64,000 bases of DNA, taken from positions 1,664,001-1,728,000 of the forward strand of contig CP147780.1 of the NCBI GenBank assembly GCA_037310415.1, written 5' to 3'. This document shows, one piece after another, positions 19,568-28,498 of the stretch. Numbering within the stretch: position 1 is the first letter of the stretch; every line of letters begins with the position of its first letter. This DNA comes from Candidatus Atabeyarchaeum deiterrae (GTDB taxonomy: Archaea; Asgardarchaeota; Atabeyarchaeia; Atabeyarchaeales; Atabeyarchaeaceae). A model generated the notes under the pieces. It had not been told where the DNA came from, did no database searches, and saw nothing but the letters and a program-made list of their open reading frames with translations. The position numbers were made by a program, and so were the translations under genes.

Positions 19568-21520
19568 TCAGCTCATTAGATGCTTCTGGAAGAAGTCTTT
19601 GATCTTTGTGTAACAGGTTACTCGGTTCTTATACTTCAAGACATCATGTCCTTCATCCTCGAATAATAGGAAGTCCACGTCTAAGCCCCTTCCCTTCAGT
19701 TTCTCAGCGATCTCAGCAGACTCTTCTTTCAGCACGCGAGGGTCATTCTTACCTTGGATAATGAGCATCGGGCACGAGATATTATCCAAGTAAGTTCGGG
19801 GGGAGCGTTCTATCAGGAAATCACGGTCCTTGTCAGGATGGCCAACTTCGAGGTAGAAGAATGTCTTCCATGATTCCGGTAGCCTGTTAATAAACGCTGG
19901 CAGGTCATAGGGACCGAACATATCACAGGCGGCCTTCCAGAGTTCGGGGTGACGAGATACAAGTGTGAGGGTCATATATCCTCCGTAGGATCTGCCGATA
20001 ACTGCTCTTCTTGAGGAGTCGATTCGTGGATCTGTTTCCAGCGACTTCAGTCCCTCAATCTGATCGAGCCTGTCATTCCCACCATAGTCGTGGTCAACCA
20101 TTTTCATGTATCGCAATCCATATCCGGCGCTGCCCCGGACGTTTGGCACGAAGACAGCGAACCCGTTAAGTGTCAAGTACTGTATTAGGGGCATTGAGAA
20201 CCATGTGAAGTCGGGACGCTCCTGACCTTGTGGTCCTCCATGCACATACAGAACCAGTGGCCTAGGTCCCCGGAAGTCTAGATGCTCAGAAGGCATGTAG
20301 AGGCGCGCTGAGATCCGCAGTCCGTCGAAACTTGTGTAGCTCTTGTCCTCGCCCTCTGAGAGATATTTCTTGTCGATCCCAAGTATACGCTCATTTGACA
20401 GAACCTTGTACTGTCTTTCCTTTTTTGATGTATTGTGGGGGTCGAAGAGATAGAGCTGAGATGGACTGGTGGCTTTTGTGAAGGAGAGGATGTATTCCGC
20501 GTCGGGTTCCCGCTTGCTCTTGTTCAGCTCATATTCCCATTCAAGAACAACGCCATTGGAAACAGGGGGCAGGCCAGATACGACTTGCTCAGCGTCGAAG
20601 TGCAGGCTCTTCTTGGTGGAAAACAGTCCTTCGTAAAGCCATGAGCACCCGTCAATATTGTATTCTAGAATAAATCTGTTTCCATGGATGTGTCGAGTTT
20701 CAACGAGTTCTCCTTTCCCTTCATGTTGGAGCCCTGAGACGGGAACCTCTAGTACTAAGCTGGGGTCGTCCAGCCTAAGATAGCCGAGTCCTGCTTCGTC
20801 GTGGAAGAGAGTTGTTCTGAAGAGAAGTCCCTTGTTATCGTCGGTGAAGTGGCATGCGCCTATGCCCGAAAACTTCACTTGTTGACCGGGTTCACGCTTG
20901 TCGATGGGTGTGCCGTAAAGTAGTTCCCTCTCTGAGGCGCCACGCTTCCAAATAAAAATAACGTTATCTTGAGCCGTGTATTGGTCGACTAGGACAACCT
21001 TGGAATGATCTTTGTTGACTCCATTGAAAAAGTTCCCGTATATGCTCTTACCGAGCGAGTTAGTTTCGAGTGTTCGGAGATTCGTCTGCAAGCATTCTAT
21101 GTCAGGGGTCTTCCTATCATCGCGAAAGAAGTACGCGATATTCTGCTCCACGTCGCAGTGTAGGCAGGCCAATTTCTCTCCCTTGTATTTATCCCCGAAT
21201 ATGGGTTCAGGGATGCCACCTTCTTCTGGGATAAAGGAAGGCTGGTAGTTCTCATTGCCGTTCTCATCAATCATTACTAGTATCTTCTGCAGTTGTGGCA
21301 GCGCATAGAAGACTCTTCCATCCATTAAGTGGGGGTTCTGGAGAGCAAGCCCGCCAGGAAGCAGCGGCTCAGGTATACTGCTATCTTTGCTCATCCGGTA
21401 GAGGCTAATCAGGCCACTCATATCACTCAGGAAGTAGATCCTGTCCCCGCATAATTGAGGAGACACGAGTCGACGAGCTGAAAGCAGAGATTCAATAGGG
21501 AATTTATTTTGGTTTGACAT
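19568..21520 (-). CDS. S9 family peptidase (acylaminoacyl-peptidase/prolyl oligopeptidase)
   Basis: VHGGP, PNVRGS, GRSYGG nucleophile, GKNDPRV, DEGH. Confidence 0.93.
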   Translation of the reverse strand: MSNQNKFPIESLLSARRLVSPQLCGDRIYFLSDMSGLISLYRMSKDSSIPEPLLPGGLALQNPHLMDGRVFYALPQLQKILVMIDENGNENYQPSFIPEEGGIPEPIFGDKYKGEKLACLHCDVEQNIAYFFRDDRKTPDIECLQTNLRTLETNSLGKSIYGNFFNGVNKDHSKVVLVDQYTAQDNVIFIWKRGASERELLYGTPIDKREPGQQVKFSGIGACHFTDDNKGLLFRTTLFHDEAGLGYLRLDDPSLVLEVPVSGLQHEGKGELVETRHIHGNRFILEYNIDGCSWLYEGLFSTKKSLHFDAEQVVSGLPPVSNGVVLEWEYELNKSKREPDAEYILSFTKATSPSQLYLFDPHNTSKKERQYKVLSNERILGIDKKYLSEGEDKSYTSFDGLRISARLYMPSEHLDFRGPRPLVLYVHGGPQGQERPDFTWFSMPLIQYLTLNGFAVFVPNVRGSAGYGLRYMKMVDHDYGGNDRLDQIEGLKSLETDPRIDSSRRAVIGRSYGGYMTLTLVSRHPELWKAACDMFGPYDLPAFINRLPESWKTFFYLEVGHPDKDRDFLIERSPRTYLDNISCPMLIIQGKNDPRVLKEESAEIAEKLKGRGLDVDFLLFEDEGHDVLKYKNRVTCYTKIKDFFQKHLMS

Positions 21521-21602
21521 GGTTAGGATGACACCAGACTTCAGAATGATGGTGCTGTCTCCCCAATACCCAACGGTTCAATATACGTTTTTCGAAAACA
21601 GC

Positions 21603-21761
21603 GTTCATCTTTCCATCTGGAAGAGGCTCAAGGAAAGAAAGTGGGCGGTAGGTGAGCTCAAGGAATCACTACGCATAGTGATCCTGCCCCACATTGAACG
21701 CGAACATGTGGACGCCTTCCTAACCGACCTGCAAGCGATCCTGGGAGAGTTGAGAGGGTAA
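21603..21761 (+). pseudogene. C-terminal remnant of an MfnA-like PLP-dependent tyrosine/aspartate decarboxylase
   Basis: WKRLKERKWAVG...LRIVILPHIEREHVDAFLTDL matches the MfnA C-terminus. There is no room upstream for the rest of the gene. Confidence 0.55.
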
Positions 21762-21789
21762 GGCTTCCATGCAAGAGCAAATTCGTATA

Positions 21790-21885
21790 CGTCAGTAGGC
21801 GCGTTTGGCAAGATGAAGGGTTTGAAAGGTCGCACCAAACAACCCCGAGTTGCAAGCCCACCAGCTTCAGCGGTGGGTAACTGAC
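21790..21885 (+). mobile_element. IS200/IS605-type right end (omegaRNA/HEARO-like 3' hairpin) remnant
   Basis: AAGCCCACCAGC-TTCA-GCGGTGGGTAACTGAC at 21854-21885 resembles the family end AAGCCCxxGxCTTxAGxCxxGGGxAGTTGAC. Confidence 0.6.
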
Positions 21886-22072
21886 AATCCCCGTAATATC
21901 TGTGAACTCGACCACATTGAGGCTCCTACTGGATCCGAATTCCTCAGGCACTGTACTAATACCGCCGAAGAGAATAGTATATGAGAAGTGGCAATCAGTC
22001 TGTTGTTTGACTCGAATTGACCGCCATGAAAGAACGGCAGACAAAGAATACCTACGAGGAAGTGACCTGCTG

Positions 22073-22765
22073 GTGAAGACAGCGGTCTTGTATTCTGGTG
22101 GAAAGGATTCAAACAGAGCGTTGCATTGGTCTCTCAACCAAGGATATGACATCAAATGCCTCGTTACTATGTATCCAAGAACAATGGACTCATTAATGTA
22201 TCATACACCTGCTTTGAATCTCGTCGAACTGCAATCTCAAGCTACGGGAATACCACTTATCAGAGGAAAAACCACCGGGATTACAATTGAAGAAGAAGTC
22301 CAGGATCTCACGAGAGCGCTTAGACCTCTGAATGTGGAGTGTGTTGTGACTGGAGCTCTTGAAAGTGTCTATCAAAAATCTAGAGTCGATCTTGTCTGTG
22401 AGACCCTTGGTTTGAAGGCGTACGCACCATTCTGGCATTGTGATATAGAGAAACACCTCATGCAGACGATTGATCTGGGGTTCGACGTGAGGTTTGTTGG
22501 TGTGGCCGCGTTGGGCTTGGACGAGAACTGGCTTGGAAGGAGACTTGATTATGAAGCGCTCGGTGAGCTCAAGGAGCTCCACAGGAAATACAAGGTCAAC
22601 GTAGGGGGAGAAGGAGGCGAATACGAAACTTTCGCCTGCGATGCACCTATCTTCAGTCACAGGATACAATTCGAAAAGGCAAAGCGAATATGGGACAGGA
22701 AAACGGGAAGCGGTTACCTGGAAATTGCAGAAGCGAAATTGGTCGAGAAGAGCGATCACACTTAA
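22073..22765 (+). CDS. dph6: Diphthine--ammonia ligase (PP-loop ATPase)
   Basis: LYSGGKDS, SLMYH, GALESVYQKSR, GGEGGEYETF. GTG 22073 follows GAGGA (track start 21902). Confidence 0.9.
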   Translation: MKTAVLYSGGKDSNRALHWSLNQGYDIKCLVTMYPRTMDSLMYHTPALNLVELQSQATGIPLIRGKTTGITIEEEVQDLTRALRPLNVECVVTGALESVYQKSRVDLVCETLGLKAYAPFWHCDIEKHLMQTIDLGFDVRFVGVAALGLDENWLGRRLDYEALGELKELHRKYKVNVGGEGGEYETFACDAPIFSHRIQFEKAKRIWDRKTGSGYLEIAEAKLVEKSDHT

Positions 22766-22847
22766 AATCTGGATCTGCTCGGCAAACCCTGGAGATCCAT
22801 TGCTTTACAAATCTGAGACATGAAGACTGAATTCATATCTCAAGAGA

Positions 22848-23366
22848 TTAGATCAAGGTCTTCAAAGCGCCATATGATACTATCTCCGTTATGTCTTCCA
22901 CGAATTTGATGCGCTCTGGGTTTTCGGACGCAAGGGAGCCCTTCAATACCATTGGTCTAAAGTCGTAGTCTTGAGCGCCCCCGTATGTAGACAAGACACA
23001 GAACTCTGCGCAGAACCCCGTCACGATGACAGTGTCAACTCCGAGTTTCCTCAATTTCTCTGCAAGTCCCGTCTTTGTGAAAGAGTTGCCATAAGTCTTC
23101 ACGATGCGCATGTCACCAGGATCAAGCTTGACGCTCTCAGTGAAATCAAAACCTGGCTTCCCTGGTACAAGGCCTTCCTCCTCGCTCTTGTGCTGTATGA
23201 CAACGATGGGAAGATTCTTCCCTCTGAAAAGGTCTATTGCCGCATTTATGTACTCAACGGCCGAGTTCAACGAGTCTAAGCGAATCTGACTTCTGATGGA
23301 AGAAAGTCCTGAGAACGGTTTGAAGAACTCCTTCTGCATATCTATTACGAGCAAGGCTGGTTTCAT
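22848..23366 (-). CDS. Isochorismatase-family cysteine hydrolase
   Basis: ALLVIDMQ, KTYGNSF, TGFCAEFCV. Confidence 0.9.
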   Translation of the reverse strand: MKPALLVIDMQKEFFKPFSGLSSIRSQIRLDSLNSAVEYINAAIDLFRGKNLPIVVIQHKSEEEGLVPGKPGFDFTESVKLDPGDMRIVKTYGNSFTKTGLAEKLRKLGVDTVIVTGFCAEFCVLSTYGGAQDYDFRPMVLKGSLASENPERIKFVEDITEIVSYGALKTLI

Positions 23367-23399
23367 TAAGTTCACCTTCGTTAAACGCCACACGGATCA

Positions 23400-24641
23400 C
23401 TACTCATAGACCTTCTCGTCTTCCTTGTCCGCTTCAGGCGCATCGTGTTCCACATCTCTGACCTTGTCTTTTCTCTCGGAAAGTTCTTTGTAGTATTCAT
23501 GCTGGATTATGAGGTTCATTATCTCGCTTGTACCTGTCCAAATCAATGCCAACCTTGCATCCCTAAGTAGTCTCTCGATTGGGTAGACGTTTGTATACCC
23601 AATTCCACCTAATACCTGCATGGCGTTGTTCAGTATCTGCCATCCTGCTTCAGTTGCAAACTTCTTAGCTTCGGATGCCAAGCGGCGTTGCAGGCCAGAG
23701 TCCTTCCTCTCGTCAACCGTGCGAGCTGCGGCGTAGACTATCCCCCTAGCTGCGTCAAGTTGCGTGATGGAGTTGGCAACCATGAAACTCACTGCCTCGA
23801 ATTTGTTAATCGGTTTGCCGAATGCCTTTCTTTTCTCGCTGTACCTCGCCGCTATTTCGATTGCTGCCCTGGCTGTTCCAAGCGCTCCTCCAGCGCTAGT
23901 CATTCTCTCAGGTATCATCATCTGCCAGAACACGTCACTAGCGGAGTTCTCTTTCCATAGCAAGTTCTCTTCAGGTACGGCTGCGTTGTCGAATACAAGT
24001 CTCCCAGCTCCTCCACCGCGAGTTCCCATCAAGCCGTAAACATATTCAGCCTTAACGCCGGGTCCTCTGTCAACAAGGAAAGCGCTGAGTGATTCATGAC
24101 CAGGTCCCCCACTTTTTGTCCTTGCATACACGAGGAAGTAGTCTGCTCCCTCCGCGCCAACCACAAACCTTTTCTGACCCTTGAGTATGAAGTTCTTCCC
24201 TTCTCTCCTCGCCATCGTCGTTGATCCGAAGAAGTCTGAGCCTCCTCTTGGCTCGGTCAGCGCTTCGGCGCACATGAGCTTACCTTCAAGAGTAGGTTTA
24301 AGGTATTTCATTTTCTGCTCATTAGTGCCGAACACGTTGAGAGCCTCACCAACTATGATTGGAAGAGAGAATAGACAACCGAGGGATGTTCCGAGTACTC
24401 CGATCTCCTCTAAAGCGATTATGTCGTCAACCCACTTTAGACCCCTGCCGCCATACTTGGACGGAAATCGAAGACCCAAAAGATTTCTTTTTGCAAGCTT
24501 CTGAACATACTCTTTCGGGTACCTGACCCTATCGGCGTCCATGTCAATGAGCAAGCTTCGAGGAACCTCAGTTCTCACGAAGTCTCTTACCTCATCTCTT
24601 AGTTTCATCTGTTCAGGAGTCAGCAGCGCATCAAAAACCAT
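23400..24641 (-). CDS. Acyl-CoA dehydrogenase
   Basis: [35 protein letters not shown]. Confidence 0.93.
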   Translation of the reverse strand: MVFDALLTPEQMKLRDEVRDFVRTEVPRSLLIDMDADRVRYPKEYVQKLAKRNLLGLRFPSKYGGRGLKWVDDIIALEEIGVLGTSLGCLFSLPIIVGEALNVFGTNEQKMKYLKPTLEGKLMCAEALTEPRGGSDFFGSTTMARREGKNFILKGQKRFVVGAEGADYFLVYARTKSGGPGHESLSAFLVDRGPGVKAEYVYGLMGTRGGGAGRLVFDNAAVPEENLLWKENSASDVFWQMMIPERMTSAGGALGTARAAIEIAARYSEKRKAFGKPINKFEAVSFMVANSITQLDAARGIVYAAARTVDERKDSGLQRRLASEAKKFATEAGWQILNNAMQVLGGIGYTNVYPIERLLRDARLALIWTGTSEIMNLIIQHEYYKELSERKDKVRDVEHDAPEADKEDEKVYE

Positions 24642-24697
24642 TAACTTCACCCTCCAGCTCAATGCACAATCTGAATTCAGTTGATGTTGCAGTTATC

Positions 24698-25471
24698 TCA
24701 TTTTTCAATCGCGTCCATAATGCCTCTCAGTAGGTTTTCCCTTTCAACTAGTTGAGCCCCTTGGATATCATCCTTTCTCATGGTAAATCGGCTTCTGATG
24801 ATAATTACTCTGATGCCCAACTGTTGTGGACCAGAAATGTCGGTTTCAGGGTCATCCCCGATGAAAACACTGTTCTCAGGCGGCACTTTCAATAGTCTAC
24901 ATGCCATGCTAAAAGGCTGCATACTAGGCTTGACATCAGAGGTGTCTTCTCCAGCAACCACGATTGCATCGAAGTTTGGGCTTAGGCCTGACATTTCAAT
25001 CCGTTTCGCCTTTAATCCTTTGATTCCATCAGTGTCGCTTATCAGTCCCAGCTTTATTCCTTCAACCTTAAGCGCTTGAAGCATGGATTTGACTCCAGGG
25101 AACAACTCGGTTCCCTTCATCACTACTTCCCAGTGGAGATCTGAAGCATCGCTGAGAATTGACTCAGAGACCCGAACGTTCTTGCCAGCATACTGCCTCA
25201 GGGCCTCCCTCCACCAGAGATTCCTATCATATCCTTTCTTCTTGTGAGACTGCTTCTCGATTCCTGCTATGATTTCAGCCATCGACAGTCTTTCAGACTC
25301 GCGTCCTTGAAGTTTCAGGCGAGCCAGTAGAAGCTCTGAAACCTTCATTTGCGCGCTCTTTCGCGGTGCGTAGGAATCTACGAGTGTGCCGTCGAAATCG
25401 AATATCGCCGCTCTCTCACCAGTCTTATTCGTTGTCATGATTCGGAACTCACCGCTTTTGTTCTTGGTCAC
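24698..25471 (-). CDS. HAD-superfamily hydrolase
   Basis: FDFDGTLVD, ISD, KPS, IGDDPETD. Confidence 0.9.
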   Translation of the reverse strand: MTKNKSGEFRIMTTNKTGERAAIFDFDGTLVDSYAPRKSAQMKVSELLLARLKLQGRESERLSMAEIIAGIEKQSHKKKGYDRNLWWREALRQYAGKNVRVSESILSDASDLHWEVVMKGTELFPGVKSMLQALKVEGIKLGLISDTDGIKGLKAKRIEMSGLSPNFDAIVVAGEDTSDVKPSMQPFSMACRLLKVPPENSVFIGDDPETDISGPQQLGIRVIIIRSRFTMRKDDIQGAQLVERENLLRGIMDAIEK

Positions 25472-25666
25472 GATACTTGGGATCCAGAAAAGGGACGCTG
25501 GAGACTAATACCATGACCTCCTAGATTAATAGTGATCATAGACTAAATAATCCTTTTTCAGAGAGCCATTAATTCGAATTCGATTTCAGGTGATCATTCC
25601 GCGAGGACTGCAAGACTCAACCATCCAACCTCATCCTGACCGTAAACGACCGTCTCCGGGGCTTCA

Positions 25667-25945
25667 CTACAAGTCTTGACTCGGTTCCTCATAGACCGAA
25701 CTTTGTGAAGGTACCTTGTCCCCAGGTCTTCTATCTGGGAGTTGCGAGTACCTTCCGTCAGCTGTTCGGTACACAGCGATCCTCGCGACGGATTGCCATT
25801 CTTGGTTTTCGCTGAGACCTCTTATCTCAACTCTTATAATTTCAGCCTTTGGATCACTCTTACCTTGCCAAACTGACAGATTTAGGAATTCACCTGACGG
25901 CAGCCTTGCCGAAAAACGAGCCTTTGGTTGATTGCGTTTCTCCAT
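25667..25945 (-). CDS. Small conserved-looking hypothetical protein (beta-rich)
   Basis: FLNLSVWQGK...IRVEIR...WQSVARIAVYR; purine-rich ribosome-binding site. Confidence 0.65.
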   Translation of the reverse strand: MEKRNQPKARFSARLPSGEFLNLSVWQGKSDPKAEIIRVEIRGLSENQEWQSVARIAVYRTADGRYSQLPDRRPGDKVPSQSSVYEEPSQDL

Positions 25946-26014
25946 TTTTCCCTTACCCCAATCACGCTCATTGAAGATATATTGCCTCGAAACATAGCTA
26001 AGAAGGTTACTGAA

Positions 26015-26329
26015 TCATTCGCTACCGCTTGCCTTCTCCATTAACGAGATGCGAAAGGGATGTAGCTCCGCCGTCATAATCCGCTTCCTAACGGCCGGAT
26101 CGTTCTTCATGAAATATTCCGCCTCTGTTTGCGATTTCGCTCGAAAAATCACAATACCGAACTGCCCATCTAGACACGGTCCAGCCAGAATCACTTTCTT
26201 CTTAGCTATTCCTTTCTGCTGATATTCAAAATGCTCATCGACAATAGCTTCGTCCTCGGGAGACATATTTCCGTATGTATCGGGCTTCACAAGCTTCAAG
26301 AGATAGACGAAAGTGGATATCCCACTCAG
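26015..26329 (-). CDS. YciI family protein
   Basis: EHFEY, LAGPCLDG, FMKNDPAV, LHPF. The in-frame extension FVYLLKL runs to a CTG at 26329 (track start 26299). Confidence 0.85.
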   Translation of the reverse strand: MSGISTFVYLLKLVKPDTYGNMSPEDEAIVDEHFEYQQKGIAKKKVILAGPCLDGQFGIVIFRAKSQTEAEYFMKNDPAVRKRIMTAELHPFRISLMEKASGSE

Positions 26330-26533
26330 CTAGATCACTCTTCTATTCCCCAAAGGTCAAACTAATTTCTTGGTATACGCTTGGATTGAGTGTTCAACGC
26401 TAGTTCTATTAAAGCTTTTCAGGCAATAAACATCTGGCATTCCTACAGTCCAAAAAACCCTTAATAATGTGACCCATAGTATGGTCTATAAGCGATTCTG
26501 AGATCCCGAAGGGAAACGAGGGCTAAGGGCGAA

Positions 26534-27799
26534 ATGACTCTACTCGTATACAACACGAAGTCCAAGCAAAAGGAGAACTTTGAGCCCCTAGAGGACAATA
26601 GAGTGAAGATGTATGTATGTGGACCGACCGTCTACGATGTTCCACACATAGGACATGGTAGATCATACGTTTTCTTTGACGTTGTCAGAAGATACTTAGA
26701 GTTCCTGGGATACGATGTTACATTGGTCACAAATTTCACGGACACAGAGGCTAGCATCAACAAGCGGGCACATGAACTTGGCAAGAATCCACTGAAACTA
26801 GCAGACGAGATGATCGAGGTTTTCCTGAGAGAAATGGATCGACTTGGCGTCAAGAGAGCCAACTACTATCCTCGCGTAACCCAGCACATAAAGGAAATCA
26901 TCGACATGACTGAGAGACTTATCGAGATGGGCTATGCTTACGTAGTTAATGACGAAGTGTTCTTCGAAGTTCAAAAAACCAGAGGATATGGGACGCTAGT
27001 TGACCTACCTATTGAGGAACTCATAGCCGGTCAGAGCGCAGAGACGGGGGAAACAGAATCAAGCGGGAAACGCAGCTCTCAAGACTTCGCATTGTGGCGA
27101 AAGAGCAAGCCTGGTGAACCGTCATGGAGCAGTCCTTGGGGAGAAGGAAGACCAGGCTGGCATATTGAGTGCTCAGCCATGTCAACTAAGTACCTGGGTT
27201 CCCAGATCGATATTCAGGGTGGTGGAACTGACCTCATATTCCCGCACCATGAAAGCTCGAGCCTCATTTGCCAAACCCTCTTCGGGAAACCCTTCGCGAA
27301 ATACTACATTCACAATGGATTCATAACCGTGAACCGAAAGAAGATGTCAAAGTCACTTGCAAACTTTGTAACTCTCAAAGAGGTCTTGAAGAAATATGAC
27401 CACGAAGTTGTCAGGTTCTTCTTACTTGGCAAACGATACAGGGAGCAGCTTGAGTACGATGATAAAGAGATGGCTAAAGCGGAGACAAATCTTAGAAGAA
27501 TACAGGGAGCGATCAATAAGACGATCAAGACCCCGACAGTCAAGACTGGGAAGGAGTGCATGGAAGCGGAAAAATGTTTGATTAATAGGTTGGTTGAGGC
27601 AAAGAGCAAGTTCATTGAGGCCATGAACGACGACTTCAACACAGAGGAAGCAATAAAGAGACTGCTTAAAGCTTCACAGCACATTGAAGAGTTCACGGAG
27701 ACATGCAAACAATTTACGACTGAAGAAACAGGTGAACAGGCCAAAGCGATATGTAAGCAGTTCAATGATGTGATGGGGGTTTGCAGGAAGCTGAAATAG
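26534..27799 (+). CDS. cysS: Cysteinyl-tRNA synthetase-like protein lacking the C-terminal anticodon-binding domain
   Basis: MYVCGPTVY, HIGH, GRPGWHIEC, KMSKS, DALR-like AMNDDFNT. Ends at 421 aa. The symbol denotes the family only; this may be a paralog. Confidence 0.85.
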   Translation: MTLLVYNTKSKQKENFEPLEDNRVKMYVCGPTVYDVPHIGHGRSYVFFDVVRRYLEFLGYDVTLVTNFTDTEASINKRAHELGKNPLKLADEMIEVFLREMDRLGVKRANYYPRVTQHIKEIIDMTERLIEMGYAYVVNDEVFFEVQKTRGYGTLVDLPIEELIAGQSAETGETESSGKRSSQDFALWRKSKPGEPSWSSPWGEGRPGWHIECSAMSTKYLGSQIDIQGGGTDLIFPHHESSSLICQTLFGKPFAKYYIHNGFITVNRKKMSKSLANFVTLKEVLKKYDHEVVRFFLLGKRYREQLEYDDKEMAKAETNLRRIQGAINKTIKTPTVKTGKECMEAEKCLINRLVEAKSKFIEAMNDDFNTEEAIKRLLKASQHIEEFTETCKQFTTEETGEQAKAICKQFNDVMGVCRKLK

Positions 27800-28033
27800 C
27801 ATATGCTCGATGGCTAAATCATAGTGAATAGAACCTTGTACTCTTACTCGAAGAAGCTTTGACCTTGTCGGTGGGAACATCATCTTGGCTTCGTCCCCAG
27901 AAAAAAGGGAAGATGATTGAGGTTTCGGCAATCTGAACCTGACCGGAGCATCAGAGATTGTCCCCGCGTCCTGGCGATCTGATCCGAGATTAGCTCCATA
28001 AAGTCCCCATTTCGGAATTCCTGCGCAGGCTTT

Positions 28034-28222
28034 TTAGGCTTCTTTTGTTAGGTCCTTTGTTTGAGCGTTGGCATTCTTCTTAACGGACTCTATGCCTTTG
28101 ATACAGGATTCCTTCCTTTCATAGGCTTCGCCAGTGGCGATTGTCTCGCCATTCGTTGCCTTCAACCTGAACCTGAATTTCCCAGACTTGTCCTTGAAGA
28201 TCTCATAAATAGCTTCTGGCAT
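28034..28222 (-). CDS. YegP/DUF1508 family protein
   Basis: YEIFKDKSGKFRFRLKATNGETIATGEAY...GIESVK. Confidence 0.9.
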   Translation of the reverse strand: MPEAIYEIFKDKSGKFRFRLKATNGETIATGEAYERKESCIKGIESVKKNANAQTKDLTKEA

Positions 28223-28498
28223 ATCTAACTCCCCATTCTTTGTGGTTGTTACTCTGTCTGTCCATGTATAAAAATGCTCCCAATCGGGCGGTGTCTAACT
28301 GTCCTGCAAGATGTCTATAAGGGGTTGTGAGAGAATTGCATCTCTACATCCAGAGATACCTCAGTTGACATTTCACGAGGTATCCATATCTTTATAAGCG
28401 ACGTTTCATTTCGCGTGAGTGAAATCTCAGATACAGATGGGAGAAAGCGCACTACTTTTGGCACGACCAGAAGTTCTGGATTTTTGTTTGGTGGAAAT

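Noticed and set aside
22073-22765. dph6 as proof of diphthamide synthesis
   Set aside because: Dph6 alone is not diagnostic, and dph2/dph5 are not in this window.
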